This document shows, one piece after another, positions 1 through 9,095 of a stretch of 64,000 nucleotides of DNA. Positions within the stretch are counted from its first letter, which is position 1. Each line of letters opens with the position of its first letter. The notes beneath the pieces are model-generated. The model was not told where the DNA came from and did not search any database. It was given only the letters and a program-made list of their open reading frames with translations. The stretch comes from a virus: positions 1-64,000 of IMG/VR virus record IMGVR_UViG_3300027763_000050, one strand, 5' to 3'. Both the position numbers and the translations under genes were made by a program.

Positions 1-2
1 CC

Positions 3-3000
3 TTTTCAACCAACACCAACCCATCATCTGGCTATGCAACAGGACTGTTTAATAGCACAATTCAACACGGGTTGGGTGCGTACAGCACTGCGGTTGCACT
101 TTTGAATGGTTATTTAGCTAATATCCAGTTTGTTGACGGTCAAGCACTCACCCCGGCATCATTTGCGGAGACTGACGCAACCACCGGGCAGTGGATACCT
201 AAGGCTTACAGCGGCAGTTATGGGCTGGTTTCAGTCGCTGCGGCCACTGGTGCATTGCCGGCGTGGAATACCACTGATACCTATGGCGCTTCTAAAGGGT
301 CTGGCACTAGAACTGATGCAAATAGTTCGTCGATTGTGCTCGCATTGCCGATGGATGGTGCCAATGGCGGCACATCCTTTGGCGACCAAGGTGCAGTAAT
401 AAAGGGTAGTGGCGTTGCCAAGACAATCACTGTAAATGGCGATACAAGTACCCGTACGGCGCAAAGTAAATTTTATGGCAGCAGCGGATTTTTCGACGGC
501 AGCGGAGATTATCTACAAGCAACTATAGAATCATTAACTGGAGATTTTTGTATAGAAGCTTGGTGGTATCCGTCAGCAGGCGGGCAGCAGTCACTTTTTT
601 CCTTGGGGGATACTGCAACAAGCACCGGAATAGAATTGTATAGAAGCAGCGGAGACAATCAATTATATGTCTACAGCGGGATAACTTTAATGTCCCCTGG
701 CGTTGATTATATAGTTGGTGCATGGCAGCATTATGCTTTAACAAGGTCAGGTTCAACCCTGCGTTTATTTCAAAATGGTGTGCAAATTGGATCAGCGACT
801 AAAACAACAGCCCTTGACAGTACCTTAAGAATCGGCGTTGAATACTACAGTAGTACGTTAGCTCAGTACCTATCAGGTTATGTCCAAGATTTCCGAATTT
901 ACAATGGAGCTGCCAAATACACCAGTAATTTTTCCCCAGTAGTTGCATATAACAATTCTTCCTATCTACAGTTTGCCGACAATTCCAGTAACACTGCCAG
1001 CACATTAGGGAAGGACTATAGCGGGCTGGGGAACAACTGGACCCCAAATAATTTTAGTGTTACAGGGGGCCCTAGTTCGGTGACCTTCCCATCATCAGGC
1101 GGCCCGCCAACTGTTGATTATTTGGTTGTTGGCGGCGGCGGCGGCGGTTGCAACGTAGGAACCGGAGCGCAAACTTACGGTGGCGGCGGCGGGGGCGCAG
1201 GTGGGTTGCGTAGCACAGTGACTGCGACTGGTGGCGGCGGAGCACTGGAGACTCCTTTATCTATAACTGCTGGTGCTAGTTATGCCGTAACAGTCGGTGC
1301 CGGAGGGGCATCAGATACCAGTGGTTCGCCCTCCGTGTTTGGCTCAATTGTTGCGCTTGGCGGCGGAGCGGCAAACGGTGGTAGCAATGTAAAAGGTCCG
1401 ACTGGAGGATCAGGCGGCGGCGAGTCTGGGGTGAATAATCCCATCGGCAATTCATACGGCGACGGCACTGCCGGGCAAGGTTTCCGTGGTGGGTCTCAGG
1501 CAAGTAACTACTTCATATACGGCTTTTATCTTGGTGGCGGCGGCGGGGGCGGGGGCGCTGGTTCTATTGGGGGGGACGCTCCATCTGGCGGACAAACAGG
1601 GGGCAATGGTGGATCAGGTGTTGCAGTATCAATTACCGGGTCATCTGTGACCTATGCCGGTGGCGGCGGCGGCGGATATAGCGGATCTGGCGGATCTGGC
1701 GGTGGCGGCGCAGGAGGATACAGCTCGGCTGGCGCTCCTGGGGCAGCAAATAGTGGTGGTGGTGGTGGTGGTGCAAGCGCCGTAGGGGGCGGCAGCTTTC
1801 TCGGCGGCGCAGGTGGATCTGGCATTGTTGTCATTCGCTATTCAAATAGTTATGCGGATCTTTTAGTTGGCGGGGGCCTTACTTATACATATGCCAACAC
1901 GGGCGGCTATAAAATCTATTCCTTTACCGCCAGTGCTACTGCGGCACAATCTGCAGGCAACGACAGCCTCGTAGACTCCCCCACTAATGGATCGCAATCA
2001 GACACCGGCGTGGGCGGCGAGGTGAGGGGCAATTATGCAACGTTAAATCCGTTGCAAAAAGGTACAGATCTTACTCTTTCAAATGGCAATCTTGATCTTG
2101 CCAAGTCTTCAACAGTTGACAACTGTACTGCATCCACGATAGGGATGACAAGCGGCAAATGGTATTTTGAGCTTACCATTACTAATCTGGGCAGCGGTGA
2201 ATACGCAATAGGTTTTGGCAAGAATATACCAATTCAAAGTTATATGGGGTCAAACGCTACAACTTGGTCCTACGCTGATACTGGTCGATTGATGAACAAT
2301 GGCAGCACTACCAGTTACGGCAGTAGCTACACAACTGGCGATATTCTTGGTGCAGCTTTTGATGGAGACAATGGAACGCTTACTTTCTACAAAAATGGAA
2401 CTAGCCAGGGAACTGCAGTAACTGGATTGACCCAGGGACCTTATTTCTTTACTGCTGGCGCGTACAGTTCAGCCGCCACAAGATCCGCCAACTTCGGCCA
2501 ACGCGCATTTGCCTACACCGCACCATCAGGCTACAAAGCACTCTGCACAACTAACCTGCCAGCCCCATTAGTCACGAAGTCTAATACGGTGTTTGATGTA
2601 GTTAAATATGATGGCAATAGTGCGTCTTCAAGAGCACTTACGGGCCTTGGATTTTCCCCTGATTTTGTTTGGATTAAAGACCGCTCAAACGGTTACAACC
2701 ATGTTTTATTTGACGCTGTGCGCGAAGCTGGTGGCAGTAAGGTTTTATTTTCAAACAGAACTACAGCAGAAGGTGGTGGGGCTGGTGAAGAAGGAACAAA
2801 CTACGGAGCTATTACGTCTTTTGATTCCAATGGTTTTACTGTTGCGCCAGGAGCAGTTAATTCAGTTTGGGTAAACCAAAGTAGTGATGCTTACGTCGGC
2901 TGGTGCTGGAATGCCGGTGGGTCAACCGTATCCAACACACAAGGCAGCATCACTAGTCAGGTGCGGGCTAATGCTACGGCTGGGTTTAGCGTGGTCACAT

Positions 3001-3620
3001 TTACAGGATACACCTTCTACACTAACTACACTATAGGTCACGGATTAAATGTTGCCCCTAGCTTGATTATTTGCCGAGATTCAAATCTAGTTTCGGAGTG
3101 GGGTGTTTACCATTCCAGCCTGACTGCTAATCATAATTTATACCTAACCAGTACAGCGGCATCCGCAACAAGGTCTGGGTTGGAGCTATTCGTGGGAAGT
3201 CCTACTTCTAGTGTTTTTACTTATCGCTCTAATAATGGCGGCAGTGGACATAAAGGGATTGCCTACTGCTTCGCCCCAGTAGTCGGGTACTCTTCTTTTG
3301 GCAGCTATACCGGCAACGGGAGTACGGATGGGCCGTTTGTGTTCACCGGACTGCGACCTCGATTCTTAATTTATAAGCGAACTGATGCAGCAGATACGGT
3401 TGGGTGGATCATGATTGACAGCGCAAGAGATCCTTATAACGTTGCAACAAAATATATTGTAGCAAACGGTTCTACAGCGGAAGGCACGACAAATGTTGTT
3501 GACTTCTTGTCTAATGGTTTTAAATTGCGTGTCCCTGGTGCGGACGGCAACGTGTCTGGTGGTACATACATCTACGCAGCATTTGCCGAATCCCCCTTCA
3601 ACTACGCCCGCGCCAGGTGA
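3..3620 (+). CDS. Tail fibre / receptor-binding protein (LamG/ConA-like, Gly-rich and SPRY-like modules), 5'-truncated by window edge
   Basis: Frame open from position 3; LamG-like segment (GDFCIEAWWYP...WQHYALTRSGSTLRLFQNG...GYVQDFRIY), GGGGG-rich block, SPRY-like SGKWYFE, C-terminal YIYAAFAESPF typical of cyanophage fibres. Confidence 0.85.
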   Translation, partial: FSTNTNPSSGYATGLFNSTIQHGLGAYSTAVALLNGYLANIQFVDGQALTPASFAETDATTGQWIPKAYSGSYGLVSVAAATGALPAWNTTDTYGASKGSGTRTDANSSSIVLALPMDGANGGTSFGDQGAVIKGSGVAKTITVNGDTSTRTAQSKFYGSSGFFDGSGDYLQATIESLTGDFCIEAWWYPSAGGQQSLFSLGDTATSTGIELYRSSGDNQLYVYSGITLMSPGVDYIVGAWQHYALTRSGSTLRLFQNGVQIGSATKTTALDSTLRIGVEYYSSTLAQYLSGYVQDFRIYNGAAKYTSNFSPVVAYNNSSYLQFADNSSNTASTLGKDYSGLGNNWTPNNFSVTGGPSSVTFPSSGGPPTVDYLVVGGGGGGCNVGTGAQTYGGGGGGAGGLRSTVTATGGGGALETPLSITAGASYAVTVGAGGASDTSGSPSVFGSIVALGGGAANGGSNVKGPTGGSGGGESGVNNPIGNSYGDGTAGQGFRGGSQASNYFIYGFYLGGGGGGGGAGSIGGDAPSGGQTGGNGGSGVAVSITGSSVTYAGGGGGGYSGSGGSGGGGAGGYSSAGAPGAANSGGGGGGASAVGGGSFLGGAGGSGIVVIRYSNSYADLLVGGGLTYTYANTGGYKIYSFTASATAAQSAGNDSLVDSPTNGSQSDTGVGGEVRGNYATLNPLQKGTDLTLSNGNLDLAKSSTVDNCTASTIGMTSGKWYFELTITNLGSGEYAIGFGKNIPIQSYMGSNATTWSYADTGRLMNNGSTTSYGSSYTTGDILGAAFDGDNGTLTFYKNGTSQGTAVTGLTQGPYFFTAGAYSSAATRSANFGQRAFAYTAPSGYKALCTTNLPAPLVTKSNTVFDVVKYDGNSASSRALTGLGFSPDFVWIKDRSNGYNHVLFDAVREAGGSKVLFSNRTTAEGGGAGEEGTNYGAITSFDSNGFTVAPGAVNSVWVNQSSDAYVGWCWNAGGSTVSNTQGSITSQVRANATAGFSVVTFTGYTFYTNYTIGHGLNVAPSLIICRDSNLVSEWGVYHSSLTANHNLYLTSTAASATRSGLELFVGSPTSSVFTYRSNNGGSGHKGIAYCFAPVVGYSSFGSYTGNGSTDGPFVFTGLRPRFLIYKRTDAADTVGWIMIDSARDPYNVATKYIVANGSTAEGTTNVVDFLSNGFKLRVPGADGNVSGGTYIYAAFAESPFNYARAR

Positions 3621-3721
3621 GTAGTGGACACGTGTTCTCTGGTGGCGACATTTGCTCGAATATAGGAACGTGCTTGTAAATTTACGAACGTGCTCGTAAC
3701 CATTTTCGTGGCCTCACGAAT

Positions 3722-3952
3722 ATGGTCCGCTCCTTCTTCGCCCGCACGTATTGGCGGTTCGGTCAATACATGGGCAGTATTACCTGGGCCGCTTCCCCAG
3801 CTAATACTTCGCCAACAAAAGACTTCAGCGCCAAACGCCGCGCCCGCATTGATGAGCGCCAGAAGCGCCATGGCTTGCGAAATGCTTCGTGCAGTGGTAT
3901 AGTGCCCTTAAGACTACCGAGAAATTCTCGGAAGCTCAAGGGCACTCACTAG
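3722..3952 (+). CDS. Small basic hypothetical protein
   Basis: ATG ORF filling the gap after the tail fibre; no recognisable motif. Confidence 0.35.
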   Translation: MVRSFFARTYWRFGQYMGSITWAASPANTSPTKDFSAKRRARIDERQKRHGLRNASCSGIVPLRLPRNSRKLKGTH

Positions 3953-4318
3953 TCCCGCATACCAATCACATGACTGACCATCCAGTCACCCCGCCGCCTG
4001 AGCTTATGGAAAAAACTTTATTTACAGATCTTTTTAAAGCTCTTGGAGGAACTTTTCTGGAAGAAGATAGAGATTCAAATTTCCCTAACGAAAATACAAT
4101 AGATAAAGATCCTTACAAAAATCTGTGTCGGGAGCTTGTTGAGACCTGGGATGAGACTGTAAGGACACCGGGTAGTTTTGATTCACGGCGCATTGAGTTT
4201 TGTGCAAAAGCTGAACGTATTGTTTCTAATGCTCGTGCCCGCTTGGCTGGCTGTTGAATTTAGTAGTCCCGCACACTAATCACATGACTGATCATCCAAT
4301 CACCCCACCGCCTGAGCT
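3950..4318 (+). repeat. 55-bp direct repeat (3950-4004, 4264-4318; 50/55 identical) covering leader and first codons; third partial copy inverted at 28485-28530
   Basis: tagtcccgcaYacYaatcacatgactgaYcatccaRtcaccccRccgcctgagct read directly. Confidence 0.9.
3970..4257 (+). CDS. Hypothetical protein, MTDHPxTPPPEL paralog family
   Basis: N-terminus shared with 4284-4646 and 28244-28519. Confidence 0.7.
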   Translation: MTDHPVTPPPELMEKTLFTDLFKALGGTFLEEDRDSNFPNENTIDKDPYKNLCRELVETWDETVRTPGSFDSRRIEFCAKAERIVSNARARLAGC

Positions 4319-4646
4319 GGTGCAGCAGTTATGCGACAGCGCCGCCCTTTCGCGTAGCTTTAAGAACATCAGCATAAGAGAAGTTGACGTTCTACTTATT
4401 CTGGAGGCCTTTCAAGCTGGCGCCGACCAAGAACTGGATGCGTGTTGTGAGTGGTTTGTCCGGGACTGGACTGACATTGAAACAACAAACAAGCTCCGCG
4501 CCGCCAGACGCCCCAAGCCGCCGACGCTGAAAGAACAGGCAATTAAAGATCTAGACGATCTGGAGGTTAATCTGAAAGATTTTGGGATGGGGTTTGTCCC
4601 TATTACAAACCTTCGCAAAGCCCTGGAGGCATTGCCTAATGACTGA
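4284..4646 (+). CDS. Hypothetical protein, MTDHPxTPPPEL paralog family
   Basis: TPPPELVQQ...GADQELDACC...RAARRPKPPTLKEQA motifs shared with 28244-28519. Confidence 0.8.
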   Translation: MTDHPITPPPELVQQLCDSAALSRSFKNISIREVDVLLILEAFQAGADQELDACCEWFVRDWTDIETTNKLRAARRPKPPTLKEQAIKDLDDLEVNLKDFGMGFVPITNLRKALEALPND

Positions 4647-4878
4647 CCTATCACCCGCTGCTCAGGCAGTGCTGGATGCTGCTTACAAAGTCCGACCTTG
4701 GATGATCCGCGTAAATAGCGGATATATTGCTGCCGCCGCCCTTCGTGCTGCTGCGGATCAGGCACATCCAAAAGCTCACATTGAAGACATTAATTACGTT
4801 CATCAAAATTATGTTGACGGATGGAAAGATGCTCTTGATGTAATCCTCGCCATTGCCGACGAACTAAAGGCAGTATGA
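4639..4878 (+). CDS. Hypothetical protein, MTxLSPAAQxVLDAA family
   Basis: ATG overlaps upstream stop; N-terminus paralogous to 4916-5140. Confidence 0.75.
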   Translation: MTDLSPAAQAVLDAAYKVRPWMIRVNSGYIAAAALRAAADQAHPKAHIEDINYVHQNYVDGWKDALDVILAIADELKAV

Positions 4879-4915
4879 AGGAACAACTCGCCATCGACGA
4901 CGAACTGGAGGGACA

Positions 4916-5140
4916 ATGACTAAACTTTCCCCCGCCGCTCAATCAGTACTAGATGCTGCTATGCAACATTCAGGTCCAGCGTTTGAACCAGTGGCTTGCA
5001 AAATGGTTGCCTCCGCCATCCACGCTATTGACGAAGAACTTGCTTCTTGCCTTTTTGTTGGTCCCGATGAAGGCGACATTAAACGTGTGATTGATGTCAG
5101 TGATCTACATGACCTCATTGACGAACTGGAAGCCCAGTAG
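4916..5140 (+). CDS. Hypothetical protein, MTxLSPAAQxVLDAA family
   Basis: GGAGG RBS upstream; paralog of 4639-4878. Confidence 0.75.
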   Translation: MTKLSPAAQSVLDAAMQHSGPAFEPVACKMVASAIHAIDEELASCLFVGPDEGDIKRVIDVSDLHDLIDELEAQ

Positions 5141-5512
5141 TCTGAACCTCTTCTAAATTTAATGACTTAATTAAGAAGAGGCCCAGGCTTAATCTTTAGC
5201 GACCGTAGTAGTCGGTGCGGGTTTGACGGGTGTAGCCGCCGCCATAGATAGGGGTAGTTGTATAGGTTTCGGTACGGCTGGTCCCACCGCCCCTATTTTG
5301 GTACGTTGTGCTTCCGTCCCCACCGCGAGGGGAGTAAGTGGCGCCAGATCCGCCGATTCCATCGCAATAACGGTTATACCCAGTTCCGTGCGTTCTTCCT
5401 TGAACTGCCCCCAGGCCTGGGTAATGGTCGGAAGCTGGGTCACTGAAAAGCCGTACTCTGTCAGGAGGTTACACGCTACCTTGCAGATTGCAAACCCCAG
5501 CATGCAGAAAGA

Positions 5513-5770
5513 ATGGGTGCCGCTGACTATGACCCGGTCGACAGGCCTAGCCATTACGCGGAAGGCCGGGCAATCGAGGTTATTGACGTACTGGAAGACT
5601 GGGTGGCAAGGGCGCCAGACCCAGTAACCGGATCGCTTTTGTGGAATACCTGCAAGTACCTCGGCAGGCTGTTTGACAAAGGGCACCCACTGCGGGACGC
5701 CAAAAAATCTCGCTACTACCTCAATCGATTGATAAGCAGGCTCGAAAAGCTCGAGAAGGGGGATAGCTAA
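5513..5770 (+). CDS. DUF3310 / T7 gp1.7-like nucleotide kinase family protein
   Basis: DPVDRPSHY...IEVIDV...NTCKYLGR..KG..LRDAKKSRYYL signature. Confidence 0.8.
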   Translation: MGAADYDPVDRPSHYAEGRAIEVIDVLEDWVARAPDPVTGSLLWNTCKYLGRLFDKGHPLRDAKKSRYYLNRLISRLEKLEKGDS

Positions 5771-5989
5771 GTGGCCGATCCGCCAAGCGCTTCAGAATTA
5801 CTGGCAATGCTCTCAGCACGGGACTTCTTGATAACACTGTCCCAGCCAAGGTTAGTGCCGCGAATTCCCCGTGAAATGAGGGAGGAAATAAAAGCGATTG
5901 CCCGCCGCTACCCAACGTCAGATCGAGTCAAATCCTGGTTCCCCGATGTCTGGGTGCCGGATGGTAGGGATGCAAACAAAACTTCCTAG
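5771..5989 (+). CDS. Small protein, BPSL0761-like
   Basis: PRIPREMREEIKAIARRYP motif. Confidence 0.5.
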   Translation: MADPPSASELLAMLSARDFLITLSQPRLVPRIPREMREEIKAIARRYPTSDRVKSWFPDVWVPDGRDANKTS

Positions 5990-6058
5990 AATAAGTCCAC
6001 GCAAAGTTGTCCGGTTGCGCGCTGGATAGCTTTATCAGAAGACAAAACTAGGAAACCA

Positions 6059-6676
6059 ATGTTTATTCTTGACGGCCGGTCACTGGCGCTTGACACGCCA
6101 TTTACTACGTGGGATGGGACTCAGTATCCAGCGAATTGGCTGAGGCTTGCTTCCCCGGAAGAGCGAAGCAATATTGGGATTTACGAAAGCATTGACCCCA
6201 TTCCCTACGACCAGGCTTTTTATTGGGGCTGGGATAATGACAACAAGTTAATACCTAAAGACCATGCGCAGTTGGTACAGCAATGGGTTGCCACGGTTAA
6301 GCAAACCGCCAACACCCTGCTCGCAGATACTGGCTGGTACATCGAGCGCCTGAACGATCCAAGCTCAGGGAAACCGGTTCCTCAGTCCGTCCTGGATCGT
6401 CGAGCAGAGATTCGCGACCTAAGCAATGCCAAGGAAGACGCCATCGTTGCCACCACCAGCACCGATGAACTGGCGGCCTATGTGCGGAGTTCGGATTTCA
6501 ACACATGGTCAGCTCCTTCTAATGACGCTCTTCCCGGGCTGGGTGGAATCACGGCGGCGGAGGGTATTACTGCGGCGGCCCCCTTGGCTGGCGCGGCCGG
6601 CCCTGACACCATCACGTTTTTCTCAGGCGGGTCAACCTCTTCCGGGGTCTCAACCGTTGACACCGTCCTGGGGTAG
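6059..6676 (+). CDS. Tail fibre-associated/assembly protein
   Basis: MFILDG..L..D.PF..DGTQYPANWLRL.S.EER..IGI N-terminus and LLADTGWYIER...RAEIR motif typical of cyanophage fibre-adjacent genes. Confidence 0.65.
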   Translation: MFILDGRSLALDTPFTTWDGTQYPANWLRLASPEERSNIGIYESIDPIPYDQAFYWGWDNDNKLIPKDHAQLVQQWVATVKQTANTLLADTGWYIERLNDPSSGKPVPQSVLDRRAEIRDLSNAKEDAIVATTSTDELAAYVRSSDFNTWSAPSNDALPGLGGITAAEGITAAAPLAGAAGPDTITFFSGGSTSSGVSTVDTVLG

Positions 6677-6719
6677 CCCTTACGGCTAGAGCCCAGTTGT
6701 AGCAAGGGTTCTGACTATG

Positions 6720-6763
6720 TGCGCTTTAGTTACATTCTCTAAAGAGAATGTAGACATAGCGCA
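6720..6763. other. Putative attP site of the serine integrase
   Basis: TGCGCT-ttagt-TACATTCTCT AA AGAGAATGTA-gacat-AGCGCA: 21-bp arms, 17/21 symmetric around central AA (6741-6742), 28 nt upstream of the integrase ATG. Confidence 0.7.
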
Positions 6764-6791
6764 GAATAGGTGGGGACTGAGTTTTGGGGCG

Positions 6792-8096
6792 ATGAGGCTA
6801 GGTTACGCGAGGTGCTCCACGGACGAGCAAGAGGGCGCCCTGCAAGCACAGATCCTGCGCCTGGAGCAGGCTGGATGCGACACGGTGATCTCTGAGCTCG
6901 TGTCTGGCCGGAAGAACGACCGGGAAGGGATCCTCGAGGCGGCCGCGCTGGTCAAGGCAGGCAAAGTCAAGGAGCTGGTAGTTACACGGGTAGACCGGCT
7001 GGGCAGGGACGCAGCTAACACCGATCTACTGCTGGCCTTATGCGCCGAGAAGCAGGTCGAGGTGTCTGCGCTGGATGGTGGCGTGATCGAGACCGCTAGT
7101 CCCCAGGGGTTTCTGATGGCAAGGCTGCATACCTCCCTGGCTGAGATGGAGAGCCGGATGCTGTCCATGAGAATCAAAAAGGCAATGGTCGTCCATAGAC
7201 AACAAGGGCGTCACCTTCGTCGGCGCAAACCATTTGGCTACATGGGCGGCCCAAATCATCAGTTAGTGCCAGACCCTAGTAATTGGGATCACGCCAAGAG
7301 AGTCCTACGGGAATTGAAAGAACGAGGAAGCTTTAGCAAAGTCAGCCAAACCTTGCCGGAATGGTGCCCGTGGACGCCAGCTACCAACTCCTTGCATTCC
7401 TGGTTCTGCAATCCAGTAATACGCGGACACCTTGGCCACCTAAGGGACGGCGGGCAGGGCTGGAAGAGCTACTACAAACAGATGCTGTATGACCAGCACG
7501 AACCGTTAATTTCAGAGACGGAGTGGCAAGCGCTTGCCGAAATCCTTAAAAGGGCTAGAAACAGGTTCCAGCCAAAGGATGACTCAAGAGTTGCCCATGC
7601 ATTGACGGGTGTGCTGAAGTGCGCAAATTGTGGTCACAATCTCAGGTACAACACATCAAACGGAACCGCTTGGTGGCGATGCCGTCATCGTCTATGTAAA
7701 GAAAGAGGAGGAATAAAGGAGGAAATTGCGCAGAATGTAGTTCTAGATGCCTGCATATTATCCGCAGATAACCTGGCCAAAATGATTGCAAACCCAGCCA
7801 AGGAAGACCCAGTGTTGGCCGCAAAACGTAAAGACCTGGCTGACCTGGAGGAACTTGCCAGGCGCTGGCCCGACGCCGTATCAACAGAGTCCCTGCGGCG
7901 TGAAATTGCGGATTTGGAAAGATGTGATAGATCGTCGATCGACCTTAAGCAGTTTAATATTTACCGAAGAATGATGAAGGATCCACAGTTTTATCGGGCT
8001 AGGCCAGACGAGTTGCATCCCGTGTTTCGCATGGTTTTACTCGAGGTACGAGTGGCGGCAGGTGGCGGCGCTGTAGCCGTGCCTCGTACCGTTTGA
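6792..8096 (+). CDS. Large serine recombinase (integrase)
   Basis: GYARCSTDEQ catalytic Ser motif, VTRVDRLGR, recombinase domain PFGY, zinc ribbon LTGVLKCANCG...WRC; start set at ATG 6792. Confidence 0.92.
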   Translation: MRLGYARCSTDEQEGALQAQILRLEQAGCDTVISELVSGRKNDREGILEAAALVKAGKVKELVVTRVDRLGRDAANTDLLLALCAEKQVEVSALDGGVIETASPQGFLMARLHTSLAEMESRMLSMRIKKAMVVHRQQGRHLRRRKPFGYMGGPNHQLVPDPSNWDHAKRVLRELKERGSFSKVSQTLPEWCPWTPATNSLHSWFCNPVIRGHLGHLRDGGQGWKSYYKQMLYDQHEPLISETEWQALAEILKRARNRFQPKDDSRVAHALTGVLKCANCGHNLRYNTSNGTAWWRCRHRLCKERGGIKEEIAQNVVLDACILSADNLAKMIANPAKEDPVLAAKRKDLADLEELARRWPDAVSTESLRREIADLERCDRSSIDLKQFNIYRRMMKDPQFYRARPDELHPVFRMVLLEVRVAAGGGAVAVPRTV

Positions 8097-8365
8097 CCAT
8101 TATCAGTAGAGCTTCTCTTGCGGTCAGAGGCTGGGAAGGGTGATCCATGGGAGGCGCAAGCTGTGGCAAGCAGCATACACCCCTGGGGCGTGCGGGATAC
8201 AGATTAGGCGCCCCTTAAAGAAATGTTCAGTGTTAACGCCCGTTGACACCCCTGAGCGATTGGCGGATTAGTCGACGATTTAATAATTTAGCCATTGCAG
8301 GTGGGAACACTTTTAGCCCACTACAGGGCCGTCCCTAGTCTGAGCGCAGCCATCTGAATAGGGCC

Positions 8366-8956
8366 ATGACTCCAGAGCACTGGGATCAGTACATGTATGG
8401 CCTTGTTGAGCTAACCCCCAAGACAGCCCGTAAGAAATTTAAGCAATCAATTAAAGATGCTTGGGGCGGTTGCGCGTACTGCGGCAGAACGCACGGCAGT
8501 TCCGGGGAAGAAATATCACTTACATTGGATCACGTCAGGCCTCGCTCCAAGGGCGGTAACTCCCTGAGATCCAATCTGGTTGCGGCATGCACACGCTGTA
8601 ACGTCAGCAAGGCTTCAGAAGAGTGGAAGGAATGGTACTCACGCCAACCCTTTTACTGTGCCGATAGGGAGCAGCGCATCACTACATGGCTCGAACCATG
8701 TAAGTGGAGCGATCCATATAAATTCTTCATGGATTTCAACGGAGGGTATTGTGGGCAAACGACTGACGATGGAGCAGGAATACCTGCTACGCCGTATTGC
8801 GCTGGAGGCTCAGGAGCTGACCCAGGAGGAGTTGATCAGCGCACTTTGCGATTCCTGGGCGGCACGGTTTCAGCAGAAATTTACCTTCATGAAAATGTCT
8901 CGCTCGGCGGGATACTCGTTCAAAATGCAGGAGAAAGCTCCATGCGGTGTGCCTAA
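8366..8956 (+). CDS. HNH endonuclease
   Basis: CAYCG...TLDHVRPRSKGG...NLVAACTRCNVSK; C-terminal third overlaps the next gene. Confidence 0.85.
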   Translation: MTPEHWDQYMYGLVELTPKTARKKFKQSIKDAWGGCAYCGRTHGSSGEEISLTLDHVRPRSKGGNSLRSNLVAACTRCNVSKASEEWKEWYSRQPFYCADREQRITTWLEPCKWSDPYKFFMDFNGGYCGQTTDDGAGIPATPYCAGGSGADPGGVDQRTLRFLGGTVSAEIYLHENVSLGGILVQNAGESSMRCA

Positions 8957-9095
8957 AACTCAAGAAGAGTTTGCAGAGATGATGGGGTTTACTCCTACAA
9001 TTAAGCAAGCTGAAGAGTTCGCACAAGAACTTTATCAGGACGCTTCCATGGAGCTAGACATGGAGGAAATCATCGACAGCACTGACAATCTGTGA
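8751..9095 (+). CDS. NblA-like protein with acidic C-terminal extension
   Basis: GGAGGG RBS then GTG; LTMEQEYLLRRIALEAQELTQEELISALCDSW resembles the NblA L(S/T)xEQxF helix-turn-helix pattern. Confidence 0.5.
   Translation: MGKRLTMEQEYLLRRIALEAQELTQEELISALCDSWAARFQQKFTFMKMSRSAGYSFKMQEKAPCGVPKTQEEFAEMMGFTPTIKQAEEFAQELYQDASMELDMEEIIDSTDNL

Noticed and set aside
1130-1830. GGC/GGT microsatellite-like repeats
   Set aside because: Explained by Gly-rich coding sequence of the tail fibre.
3-3620. Diversity-generating retroelement targeting the tail fibre
   Set aside because: No reverse transcriptase and no template/variable repeat pair seen in the window.
6717-6791. N-terminal extension of the integrase
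   Set aside because: Runs through the attP-like palindrome; the catalytic domain begins at MRLGYAR (6792).
8097-8365. tRNA or structured RNA after the integrase
   Set aside because: No cloverleaf or T-loop (GTTCRA) signature found by eye.
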